Positions 1 to 8,500 of a stretch of DNA of 44,514 bases are shown here, in pieces. Under the pieces are notes generated by a model. It did no database searches. It was given only the letters and a program-made list of their open reading frames with translations, and was not told where the DNA came from. Source of the DNA: a virus. The stretch's first letter is position 1; every line of letters begins with the position of its first letter. The stretch is taken from IMG/VR virus record IMGVR_UViG_3300022538_000610; one strand, 5' to 3'. The translations under genes were made by a program, and so were the position numbers.

Positions 1-141
1 CCACCGTCTCGCCTTCGAGATGGTCTAAATTGATGAACGTATTCTCTACTTTTCGGACGGTTCCACCACCGGTATACTCATCAAAAACAGAAGTATCTAC
101 TTCCTCGCCGGATATACTCGGTGAAGCTGATGGTGTTGCAG
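1..141. repeat. Terminal direct repeat, copy 1 (identical to 44374..44514); the contig closes into a circle of 44,373 bp
   Basis: Read directly: the first 141 nt (ccaccgtctcgccttcgagatgg...gctgatggtgttgcag) recur exactly as the last 141 nt. The repeat lies inside an open minus-strand reading frame. Confidence 0.95.
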
Positions 142-1585
142 AAGGGCTTCCTGTGGGCGTGGCCGAAGGGCTTACTGAAGGCGAAGCGCTTCTTGAGGGA
201 CTTGCAGAAAGACTGGCTGAAGGCGATGCAGATGGCGTAACACTTGGTGAGGCGGATATGCTTGCTGATAGCGAAGCGGAAGGTGATGCCGAAATACTTG
301 CACTCAGCGAGGCTGATATACTGGCTGAGATTGAGGCCGAGGGTGTACCAGATGGCGAAGCCGATATAGAGGCCGAGGGAGACGCCGAAACGCTTGCAGA
401 CGGTGACGCTGAAGGACTTGCAGACACACTTGCCGACGGTGATGCTGAGACTGTCCTTGATGGACTCGCCGAAATTGACTCTGACGGTGATGCGGAAACG
501 CTTGCTGAAGGCGACGCGCTTGGCGAGGCTGAAGGCGAAGCTGATACAGACGCAGAGAGACTGGCAGAGATACTCGCTGAAGGACTTGCCGAGATTGAAA
601 CGGATATTGTACCAGATGGTGAAGCTGATACAGAAGCCGAAGGCGAAGCTGATACACTGGCAGATGGCGAAGCTGATACACTGGCACTGGGCGATGCGCT
701 TCTTGATGGACTTGCTGATAATGAGGCTGAGGGCGTTCTCGATGGGCTGGCCGATATACTTGCTGAAGGAGAAACTGAAGGGCTTGCCGATATTGAGGCG
801 GAAGGAGTAACTGAAGGCGAGACCGATATAGAAGCCGAAGGGCTTGCGCTTATAGAGGCCGATGGGGATGCCGAGGGCGAGGCCGAGGGGCTTGCAGAAG
901 GACTGGCCGATATACTTACAGATGGACTGACTGAAGGAGATGCGCTTACAGCACCCTCTGCTTGAATGGCTATTGTTATGGTTGTCCATGGTTGAGAGGC
1001 CGTCATATCAAAGGATGCCGTGCCAGTTGCGCCTGCTGTCGCCAAAGACTGATAAGCAGCGCCGCCGCAACAACTACCATAAGTAGAACCACTTTTATCT
1101 ACAGTAATTCCGGTATGACTTGAGGGGTAGCCGGAATCAACTGTTATTGCGTAACTGGCGGCTGCAAACATACGCAGAACTAAACAGTCATCTTTTGTTG
1201 TAGTAGCAGATGGGCAAGCTGGCGTGGCGTCCCAGAATGTGTCATATGTACCTACATTTATAGGATTATCGGCATCGTGGCCGGTAATTCGTAGAATAAA
1301 ACCATAAAATTGTTTGAGGTAAGAATATGTGCTCGTAAAGGTATAACTTGCTGGTTCTGACGAACCTGCGATTTTATAAAAACTATATAAAGTTTGATAT
1401 ATATTAGGCAGTGCAACGTAACGAGTCCAACCAGCAGGAGTATTTATAGGATTAGACCCTTCGGATATTATTACCGCAATAAGTAGATTGTCTTCTGCCA
1501 CTCCAGTTGGTTTGGCTATTGTAATACTTGTTGCAGCGGTTGCTACTTTTGCTTCTGCAAAACTATGATATACTGGTACTGTCAT
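1..1585 (-). CDS. Junction-spanning tail protein, 5' portion (674 aa in the circular molecule): ~212-aa beta-rich N-terminal domain followed by a 280-aa (Ser/Thr-X)140 repeat; continues at 44373..43934
   Basis: ATG at 1585..1583 ([38 protein letters not shown]...). I checked every codon of the third minus frame (plus positions 3m+2..3m+4) from 1585 down to 2 and found no stop. It is missing from the ORF track only because its stop lies beyond the left edge. The frame is continuous with 44377..43934 through the terminal repeat. Confidence 0.8.
   Translation of the reverse strand, partial: MTVPVYHSFAEAKVATAATSITIAKPTGVAEDNLLIAVIISEGSNPINTPAGWTRYVALPNIYQTLYSFYKIAGSSEPASYTFTSTYSYLKQFYGFILRITGHDADNPINVGTYDTFWDATPACPSATTTKDDCLVLRMFAAASYAITVDSGYPSSHTGITVDKSGSTYGSCCGGAAYQSLATAGATGTASFDMTASQPWTTITIAIQAEGAVSASPSVSPSVSISASPSASPSASPSASPSASISASPSASISVSPSVTPSASISASPSVSPSASISASPSRTPSASLSASPSRSASPSASVSASPSASVSASPSASVSASPSGTISVSISASPSASISASLSASVSASPSASPSASPSASVSASPSESISASPSRTVSASPSASVSASPSASPSASVSASPSASISASPSGTPSASISASISASLSASISASPSASLSASISASPSVTPSASPSASLSASPSRSASPSVSPSATPTGSPSATPSASPSISGEEVDTSVFDEYTGGGTVRKVENTFINLDHLEGETV
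107..946 (-). repeat. Coding dipeptide repeat: 140 consecutive (Ser/Thr)-X units (131 Ser, 9 Thr; X = A, P, V, I, L, G, R, E)
   Basis: Codon-by-codon reading. Every minus-strand codon whose lowest plus coordinate is congruent to 2 mod 6, from 944 down to 110, is Ser or Thr (e.g. ...[29 protein letters not shown]...). All six Ser codons are used, so the DNA is only a degenerate 6-nt periodic repeat. Confidence 0.9.
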
Positions 1586-1588
1586 TTT

Positions 1589-3805
1589 TTAATCGCTTGG
1601 ACTTGCAGAGGGACTTGAACTTGTCTCCACAAAAGACCTTAGCTCAAAAGTGTTTGTAGTTACATTGCCTATGGTATAATAATTGCCGTTAAGGTCTTCC
1701 ATCCCTTCAACGCCGTCTATATAAACCTGGTCGCCATCGCTAAACCCGTGGTCAGGGGCGGTTACTACGCCAGGGTCGGCGAATGTTATTCCTGTAATAT
1801 CAACAGGGTCGCCACCGTCAAATACCAAGCCGGAATCCACAAAGAAGGAATCCTCTAAATCAACCGATACTCTCGGTTGTAACTGCTCGATACTTCTTAC
1901 GGGAGAGCCATCTACCGTCCTTGCCACGGTAATCCATACTTCGTCTTCTGTATCGCCCGATACTACCGCCACGGATTCGGCATCACCATCACCGCCTAAT
2001 GGGTGTTTTGACCACGCCACCACATCCTGGTCTCTTTCGTAGGTCATTGACAATAAGGAACCATCGGCTAAAGTAGACCATAAAATAGCATCAGGATTTC
2101 TCTGGTAGGCAAAACTTGTAATACCCGTTAAGGTAATATGTTCCGCCAATGCCGACAGGTCTGGCGCTACGAACTTTTGTTTCTCATCGCTGAAAGTCAA
2201 CTCCCTGACTTTGCGGCCTACGTAATCTACAAAAAGCACTGCAGTCCCTACGGGTATGGGTTGAATCTTCTTACTGCCATAAGTGGATTGCTGCCTTACG
2301 TTGAAATTAGTGGGAGTAAGCTCCTCGTCAAGAGAGGTGGCCCTTATCCGCCATTCGCCACCAATAGTGCCCAGAACCAGCGCTTCCAACGCAGACAACC
2401 AACGGATAGCGTTCATTTCGTCGGATGACATTGTAAGCGTAAACGCATCGTCGTCATTAGTTCCCCCCTCGAAATTTTCGAAATCGCCGGAGGCGCTTAA
2501 CCATACCGTCTGGGGTTGATATGTAGTGCCTGCATATACCGCCCTTTCCTCAAAGAACGTAAAGGCGGCGGGATAGCCCCTGTGTGCCGACCACGCACCC
2601 TCATACCATCTTTTAGAGGCAAGGGTAGAGGCAAAGTCGGTCAAGACAGTTGCAGTAACTTGTGTTGGGCTGATATAAGTATCTATACGGACGATACCAT
2701 CCTGCGTGGGATTGTTTACGGTAAGGTCGTGGTGAACCGTTCCGCTTGTTGCAGAAGTTACATTTATTCTATACTGGACATTATCCGCATTCTCTGTGCC
2801 GGTAAATTGAATGTTCCTATCGCTATGTGAAACGAAAGTTCGGTATGTTTCCCAACCCTCTTCGTTTTCGTTTCTTTGCAGTTTGATTGTCATTGCCCAC
2901 GTTCCGTGGGTATTATAGGTGAATGTGCCTTTAACATCTATCGACGAACTTACGCCTGTGGCTGGGGCTATTGAAGTGCCGATTATCTCAGTATTTATTC
3001 TCGGTTGGGTTATTTTGAATAAAGCGCCGGGCAAAGATATATGGCTTGGGTCAAATACGGCAGCCGAGGCGGTGAGGGTTATACTGCCCGTCGTAGCGCT
3101 TGGAGTTATGGTTATATCATCGTCGTTCTCCAAGTCGTTTCTTGGAAGGAATGGCCCTTTGTTAAAGGGTATCGTTGATAAATCAAATGAAGTTGTTGTG
3201 GTTCTCGTTAATTTACGGGGTGCATATTCGGGATGGACAATCCACATTACGTCGGCGGACTGCCGGGATTGCAACTCGAATAAATCCGACTCTATATAAG
3301 GACTTGGGGTCTCTGCTATCGGCTCGTTATTATCGGTAAGGTCGGCCACTACCCAGTCGGTAAAGTTAATAATTGGTTTTTCGTGGTCGCCTGTCTCGGC
3401 ATCATTTGCATCGGACGTATGGGCAACGAGACATCTGTAAATAACACTGGAGTATGTAACGAACTGCCCTATGATATAAGTGGTATCGTCTGCCCAGTTG
3501 GTAGGTGTTGTTGAATCTATCACTCTACCACCATCGTAAAATGCCCTTATATATTGTGGGCCGAACTCTGAAATATAAGCGATAGTATCTGAATACTGGA
3601 AAGATACCAAACGGCTCTTTTCAGAGGCGTTCTTAACATCACCGATATACTTAGTGCCAGGCCGCCTTTCGACGCTGCCGTATATTCTCGGAATGAAATC
3701 CAGCAAGGTTCGGCAGCCCGAAGAATACTTGCCCACGTCGGAACGGGCATCTATCTGGGGACTTAATACACCTGCATTAAAGGATATTAAGGGGATGTTT
3801 GCCAT
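1589..3805 (-). CDS. Tail tubular protein B (T7 gp12)-like nozzle protein, N-terminal and central part
   Basis: 738-aa ORF. The N-terminus FNAGVLSPQIDARSDVGKYSSGCRTLLDFIPRIYGSVERRPGTKY parallels the T7 gp12 N-terminal pattern (GGISQQPD.R...G....N......G..KRP). The C-terminal small barrel VVTAPDHGFSDGDQVYIDGVEGMEDLNGNYYTIGNVTTNTFEL is the E1-FCCH-like insert seen in podovirus tail proteins. The protein ends ...SSSPSASPSD followed by TAA. Confidence 0.65.
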   Translation of the reverse strand: MANIPLISFNAGVLSPQIDARSDVGKYSSGCRTLLDFIPRIYGSVERRPGTKYIGDVKNASEKSRLVSFQYSDTIAYISEFGPQYIRAFYDGGRVIDSTTPTNWADDTTYIIGQFVTYSSVIYRCLVAHTSDANDAETGDHEKPIINFTDWVVADLTDNNEPIAETPSPYIESDLFELQSRQSADVMWIVHPEYAPRKLTRTTTTSFDLSTIPFNKGPFLPRNDLENDDDITITPSATTGSITLTASAAVFDPSHISLPGALFKITQPRINTEIIGTSIAPATGVSSSIDVKGTFTYNTHGTWAMTIKLQRNENEEGWETYRTFVSHSDRNIQFTGTENADNVQYRINVTSATSGTVHHDLTVNNPTQDGIVRIDTYISPTQVTATVLTDFASTLASKRWYEGAWSAHRGYPAAFTFFEERAVYAGTTYQPQTVWLSASGDFENFEGGTNDDDAFTLTMSSDEMNAIRWLSALEALVLGTIGGEWRIRATSLDEELTPTNFNVRQQSTYGSKKIQPIPVGTAVLFVDYVGRKVRELTFSDEKQKFVAPDLSALAEHITLTGITSFAYQRNPDAILWSTLADGSLLSMTYERDQDVVAWSKHPLGGDGDAESVAVVSGDTEDEVWITVARTVDGSPVRSIEQLQPRVSVDLEDSFFVDSGLVFDGGDPVDITGITFADPGVVTAPDHGFSDGDQVYIDGVEGMEDLNGNYYTIGNVTTNTFELRSFVETSSSPSASPSD

Positions 3806-4107
3806 TATGTCTCGTCATATACATTAAGCACCATTGTTTGGTTTGCGATTACAATATCTACTTCTGCTATTATGTCGCTATCGTCGATTTGCGGCTTATA
3901 TTCCCCCCAGCCGACAACGGCCGTACCTTCTTTTATAATTACCAAATCACTCGTTGTGATTGTCGTGGGCGTGCCAAGATACAATCCTGAACCCGCAGGG
4001 GTTTCGGTTAGAGCCGTTCCCGACTCCCTTTCAGTACCAGCAGAAGTATATACTCCAAATGTTAATGTTTTGCCTGTCGGGTAGCCGAAGGTAACTTCGT
4101 TAGCCAT
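3805..4107 (-). CDS. Hypothetical small virion-module protein (100 aa)
   Basis: ORF track. TAATG stop-start overlap with the downstream nozzle gene and an 8-nt overlap with the upstream gene, which suggests translational coupling. Confidence 0.6.
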   Translation of the reverse strand: MANEVTFGYPTGKTLTFGVYTSAGTERESGTALTETPAGSGLYLGTPTTITTSDLVIIKEGTAVVGWGEYKPQIDDSDIIAEVDIVIANQTMVLNVYDET

Positions 4108-4291
4108 TTAGGGACTCCATCTGCGTTGCTATCTGGTTACATCTGGCGGCGATTTGATTTAACTGCTCAACAAGTTTGGCTCGCCTGAGAGTCAACTCGC
4201 CAAGCTGGGCGGCAAGTTCTTTGCGTTTCTGTTTTGTTTCTACGTTTTTGGCCTTGTTTTCGCTGGCTTGTGGTTTCTTATTTTTTGCCAT
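4100..4291 (-). CDS. Small basic coiled-coil protein (63 aa)
   Basis: ORF track. AAGGAGAG Shine-Dalgarno sequence 5 nt upstream of the ATG. Heptad-like sequence KELAAQLGELTLRRAKLVEQLNQIAARCNQIATQMESL. Confidence 0.6.
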   Translation of the reverse strand: MAKNKKPQASENKAKNVETKQKRKELAAQLGELTLRRAKLVEQLNQIAARCNQIATQMESLNG

Positions 4292-4302
4292 TTTCTCTCC
4301 TT

Positions 4303-5526
4303 TTAAGGTGCAAGGTCGGCAATAACAACACCATCGGCGTCATCATCTGTCGGATATGCAGTATGCCCCCTTAATTCGCCGCCCGAATCCACCCATAAAT
4401 AGTAAGGATTACCACCATCGTCATACAATACCAATGCACCAGGTTTGTTATCAGCGCCACCATCAAGAATATGTACTATATTCTCTGTGTCATCTGATGT
4501 GTTTCCGAATAAATAGTCGTGTCCCGTCGCCTCTATATGCAAATCGCCGTCGCCATCGGTGTAAAAATCAGTTTCATCATCAGTATCAGTATGTGTAAGT
4601 CTTAACTGCGGGTCGGTGGTGCTTACTATCTCAACAAAAGTGTTGAATCTATGTCCCGTCGTAGCCCCATAATCCATATAACCATCGGCGAGGGAATCTA
4701 TGTATTCATTTCTATCGTCCTGAGTAAAACAGAGTTTGTCTTTTACAAGGATTTTGCCATTGACTTCGAGTTTATCCTGGGGAGCAACTTCGTTGATACC
4801 GACATTGCCTCCAAAAAAGGCGTTGCCGCCTACGGAATAAATTGCATAGTTGGTTGTGCCAGCGTCTATGTTTGCAATGTAAATACCGTAGTTGGTAGTT
4901 ACGGTGCCGCCATAGGCATCTCCGATATAAAGGCCATAAGCATTGGTTGCAATCATACCAGTCTCTACCTCGGCACGACCGAACATTGCATAAATATTAC
5001 TATTGGTTTTGCCAAGCGAAGGGGTGAAAACCATACCATAAGCATCAGTGTCAACTTCTGGATTTAAAGAACCATCAACGTCCATCAATCGGTCGTCTGT
5101 TATTGCGCTATCATCACCTATTGCTAATTGGTCGCAGGTTATATCGCCTGTTACATTAACATCGCCCGTAGCTGTTATATCAACCCAGGACGGGCTGGCG
5201 GTAGTAGCAAGGGTCTGGTCGAGTGTGCAGTCTGCTGTAACTGTAAGGTCAGCGTGAAGGGCAAGGGTTCTATTTGCGCCGTCAACAGTCAAATTAAATG
5301 TTCTGTTTGCTGCATCATCTTCGTTCCAGAGGATACTTAAATAATGTGATACATCAGTATCATATAAACCAAGACCCGGCGTAAAAACAGCGGAGGTAGC
5401 AACTAATGTGACAGCGGTAACTATACCACTTGTGGTTAAATCTCTTGTGGTGTCTGTCCAATCTATATGCTCGTTGGATTCGTAGCCAGGCAGTAAATCG
5501 TGGGGGATTATAGGGAAAATTTGCAT
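4303..5526 (-). CDS. Tail fibre protein
   Basis: Start moved to the internal ATG at 5526 (MQIFPIIPHD...), which forms a TAATG overlap with the upstream stop and has AAAGGA upstream. Contains the fibre-typical motif GNVGINEVAPQDKLEVNGKI and long Thr/Asp/Gly-rich beta-like stretches. Confidence 0.7.
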   Translation of the reverse strand: MQIFPIIPHDLLPGYESNEHIDWTDTTRDLTTSGIVTAVTLVATSAVFTPGLGLYDTDVSHYLSILWNEDDAANRTFNLTVDGANRTLALHADLTVTADCTLDQTLATTASPSWVDITATGDVNVTGDITCDQLAIGDDSAITDDRLMDVDGSLNPEVDTDAYGMVFTPSLGKTNSNIYAMFGRAEVETGMIATNAYGLYIGDAYGGTVTTNYGIYIANIDAGTTNYAIYSVGGNAFFGGNVGINEVAPQDKLEVNGKILVKDKLCFTQDDRNEYIDSLADGYMDYGATTGHRFNTFVEIVSTTDPQLRLTHTDTDDETDFYTDGDGDLHIEATGHDYLFGNTSDDTENIVHILDGGADNKPGALVLYDDGGNPYYLWVDSGGELRGHTAYPTDDDADGVVIADLAP

Positions 5527-8500
5527 TATTTCATATCCTTTTGTATAAAACAAATGTTAGGATAAAATGCTACAGAACTTACTTTCTCCGTTAGGCAAAT
5601 ATCGTCTATTAGAGTGTGTATTTTATCTATAATTATAGGCTTATAACCTGGTTGTTTTCTGTTATGGCCTATGTCTTCTAAAACGTATATTCCGTTTTTT
5701 GCAAGGTGAGGCCATAAAGTTTCCAAACTTATCACCATAGATTCAGGGTCGTGGCAACCGTCGTCTATAATCAAATCAAATGGCCCGTGCCTGGCAACTG
5801 ATTTAAGAAATTTAACATCGGCCTGGTCACCTACAAACAATTTCAAGTCCTTATTCCTGCGAAGAATCCTTTCCTGAGATACGTCCCTTATGTCTATGCC
5901 GAAAATCTTCGCTTTCGGAAATGCCTTTTTCCACACTAATAAAGAGGCGCCTCGCTGGACGCCTATTTCCAATATCTTGATACGCTCATTGTATAAACCG
6001 TTTAAGTGCCGGTCATACAAATGGGTATAGTTATGATGCCAGTATTTATTGGTAGCCCTGAAACTCATTTTTATAAATTGCTGCACGGCGGCATTTTCTA
6101 TTCTGCCGTTGCTTCTGGCGTCTATTAAGTATCGCCTTTGCTTAAAGTCGGCAAGAGTACTAAATATGCGCACGGGAACTTTTTTATAACCAAGATGTTT
6201 TGCGATAACCAACCTGCGATAACCCCTTATTATTACCCGCTCCTTTTTGTTCTTGTAAGCATCCAGCGGGGTTTTTAGTCCATTGTCCCGTATATCTTCA
6301 TATAACGATATTGCATCCCGCATTTTTTCTTGGACTCGCATTGCGCCTTTGGGGGTCAAGGGGTCTCTTGTGGCAGGGTGGAGATGCTTGACGAGATAAT
6401 TGTAATAAGGCAAATCCTTTAATTCTTCGTCTGTGTATGTTTTACCAGCCACAAGACTCTCAATGAACGGCGAAAAAGTTTTAAGAAATTCATACCCGCC
6501 CCTGGGATTGTCCGGTTGCCTTTTATTAATGTTGTAGTGCTTAATAAAATTGTCATCACGGAAGGTTTTATTTATATCGAACTCCCGAAGTTTGAATTTA
6601 TACAAATACCTGTAGTCAACGCCGTTTTTATAGGTTAAAGTATTTGTTTTTTGCGACAGGATGCTTGCCTGACCCCAATACGGTATAGTAGATACCCGCT
6701 TTCCAGTTGTGCCAGTCCATCCTTTGTGCATATTCTTGTTGTGCCGAATATTTACAATTGGCTGTTCGGTACTAAAAGTCTCCCACTTTCCCCTCTTGAA
6801 AGTTAAAGGACGATTTTTGCCGTGTTCCACACCGTCTTTCCACTCCGGTTTTCCTGCCAATCTATTCCTTAACTCCTTCAGTAAAAACTGGCGCTCTCCT
6901 ATCAAAGAACATTGCGAAGCAGAACTCTTGCGCAGAAAGGACGGTTTTTTCGTATCAAAAATCCAAATATTAGAATTAAAATATGCCCTATCGTCTTTCG
7001 GTGGGATGTAATCGAAATGTTCCGGCGGATATAAACAATCCGATTCGGCAATTGCTACATAAGGAGAGGTTGCTTTTTCTATACCAAGCAGCATTTGCCT
7101 TAATATGTTATGCCCCGAACAACCAACTTTGCCGACACAAATATTTTCGCCGAAATCCAATGGTTCTTGAGAAACAGAAATCAATTCCGCCCCTTTTATA
7201 GACCGTATAAGCTCCTGCCTCGTATATTCGGCGAGCGATTCTTTTTCCTTATTGGCCGTTATATAAACTACCGATATTTTTGACCAGCCGGGCACGGGGG
7301 CGAATTTGTCTATTAGCCATTGGAACTTTTTCTTTGCGTGCGGCCACTTATCGCCTATCCACAATTCTATCGACCGTGCCATAGACTTCGGTTTTTCCCT
7401 GGCACCTAAACTGTAACTCGACTTACCCCGATTCCAGTGGGCATACCAGGTATTCTTATTGACGAGAACCCGACCGCCAGATAGCCACGTCATACAGGAT
7501 ATTTCAACCCCTTCCTGCCCGAATGTTCCGTGTTTTTCATCTAACCCGCCCCAATCCAGGAACTGTTTTCGCCCCATTAACCAATTAGAGCCGGAAATGG
7601 TCATTGTCTCGCCTATATCCTCATCTTTATGTTTTTCGGCGTACTCAGGCCACGCCAGACCCCTTAAACCACCCTTTGGGTCAACGTCCGGGTGCGAAAG
7701 GTAGCGATAAGGGCAGTCTGTCCGTTCCCGACGTTTCCAGTTCTTTGATTCCAGTTCATATCTCATAGCAAGAACGGTATTGCCTGGCCTATAACAGTTG
7801 ATAAGCACCTTATCTATCCCCTCAGCCACTATGCAGTGGGCATCCAGCCTCATCAGATACTTGCCACGAGCCGTTTGCGCCAGCTTGTTAATCATCGGGC
7901 GCATACCAATTCGTTCTTTGCTGTGGCACAAGATAACTCTGGGGTCTTTTTTGAGTTCTGGCGAATAACCGTCTAATCCTACGACAATCTCAAAGTCGGT
8001 CTTTAGTTTGGCAAGGCAGTCGTCAATGGTTCTCTGAAGGTATATTTCATTGCGGGCGGGGATAATCACCGACAATAAAGGATTGGTAGTCTTTGTCTTT
8101 TTTACCTCCCAGGTAGGTACGGGCGCAAACTTCTCTAACAGCCATTTGAAAGACCTTTTCTGCTGCGGCCACTTATCATTCGTCCATAAATCACGAGAGT
8201 ATTTTCTGGCGTTCTCCTGGTCGCTGCCCTTTATCTGGTAGGGGAAAGTAAACTCTTTCGTAGTGCGGAACATATGGGCAAACCATGTCTTCCTATTGAC
8301 TACGTGCCTGCCGCCCGACAGCCACGCCTTACAGCCTACCTCTACGCCAACCTGACCCCAACTGCCGTGCTCTTCGTCCAGGCCACCTAATTCTAAAAAT
8401 CTATCTCTGTGCTGGAACCAGCAGGCGCCAACGCCGTTCATAATATCGACTATATCACCTTTCGCTTCCGGCCTCTTTGTGTACCTGTACCAATATTGAA

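Noticed and set aside
1-141. The terminal repeat as a biological T7-like direct terminal repeat
   Set aside because: The repeat falls inside a continuous reading frame, and its length equals a common assembler k-mer. The terminase is GpA-like rather than T7-like. It is retained only as a possibility to test with read-terminus analysis.
107-946. A diversity-generating retroelement or other hypervariable cassette targeting the repeat
   Set aside because: There is no reverse transcriptase gene, no template/variable repeat pair and no adenine-specific mismatch pattern anywhere in the genome.
30-965. 311-aa plus-strand ORF rich in D/E/A/G/L (…[22 protein letters not shown]…), the longest tracked ORF in this stretch
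   Set aside because: It is the antisense of the (Ser/Thr-X)140 repeat. The 6-nt periodicity keeps several frames open. It runs against the whole surrounding minus-strand operon and has no Shine-Dalgarno sequence. The minus frame joins conserved-looking domains on both sides.
81-989. Minus-strand 302-aa ORF, plus the overlapping ORFs at 304..687 (-) and 394..810 (+)
   Set aside because: These are wrong-frame by-products of the same periodic repeat. Their translations ([15 protein letters not shown]..., [13 protein letters not shown]...) are compositionally implausible, and they do not connect to the flanking domains.
1586-1591. Genome-wide stop-codon reassignment as the explanation for the in-frame TAA
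   Set aside because: All other long genes (up to 1167 aa) are open under the standard code, and many end in TAA. Known phage recoding affects TAG or TGA rather than TAA. A local event (split gene, coupling or readthrough) is more parsimonious.
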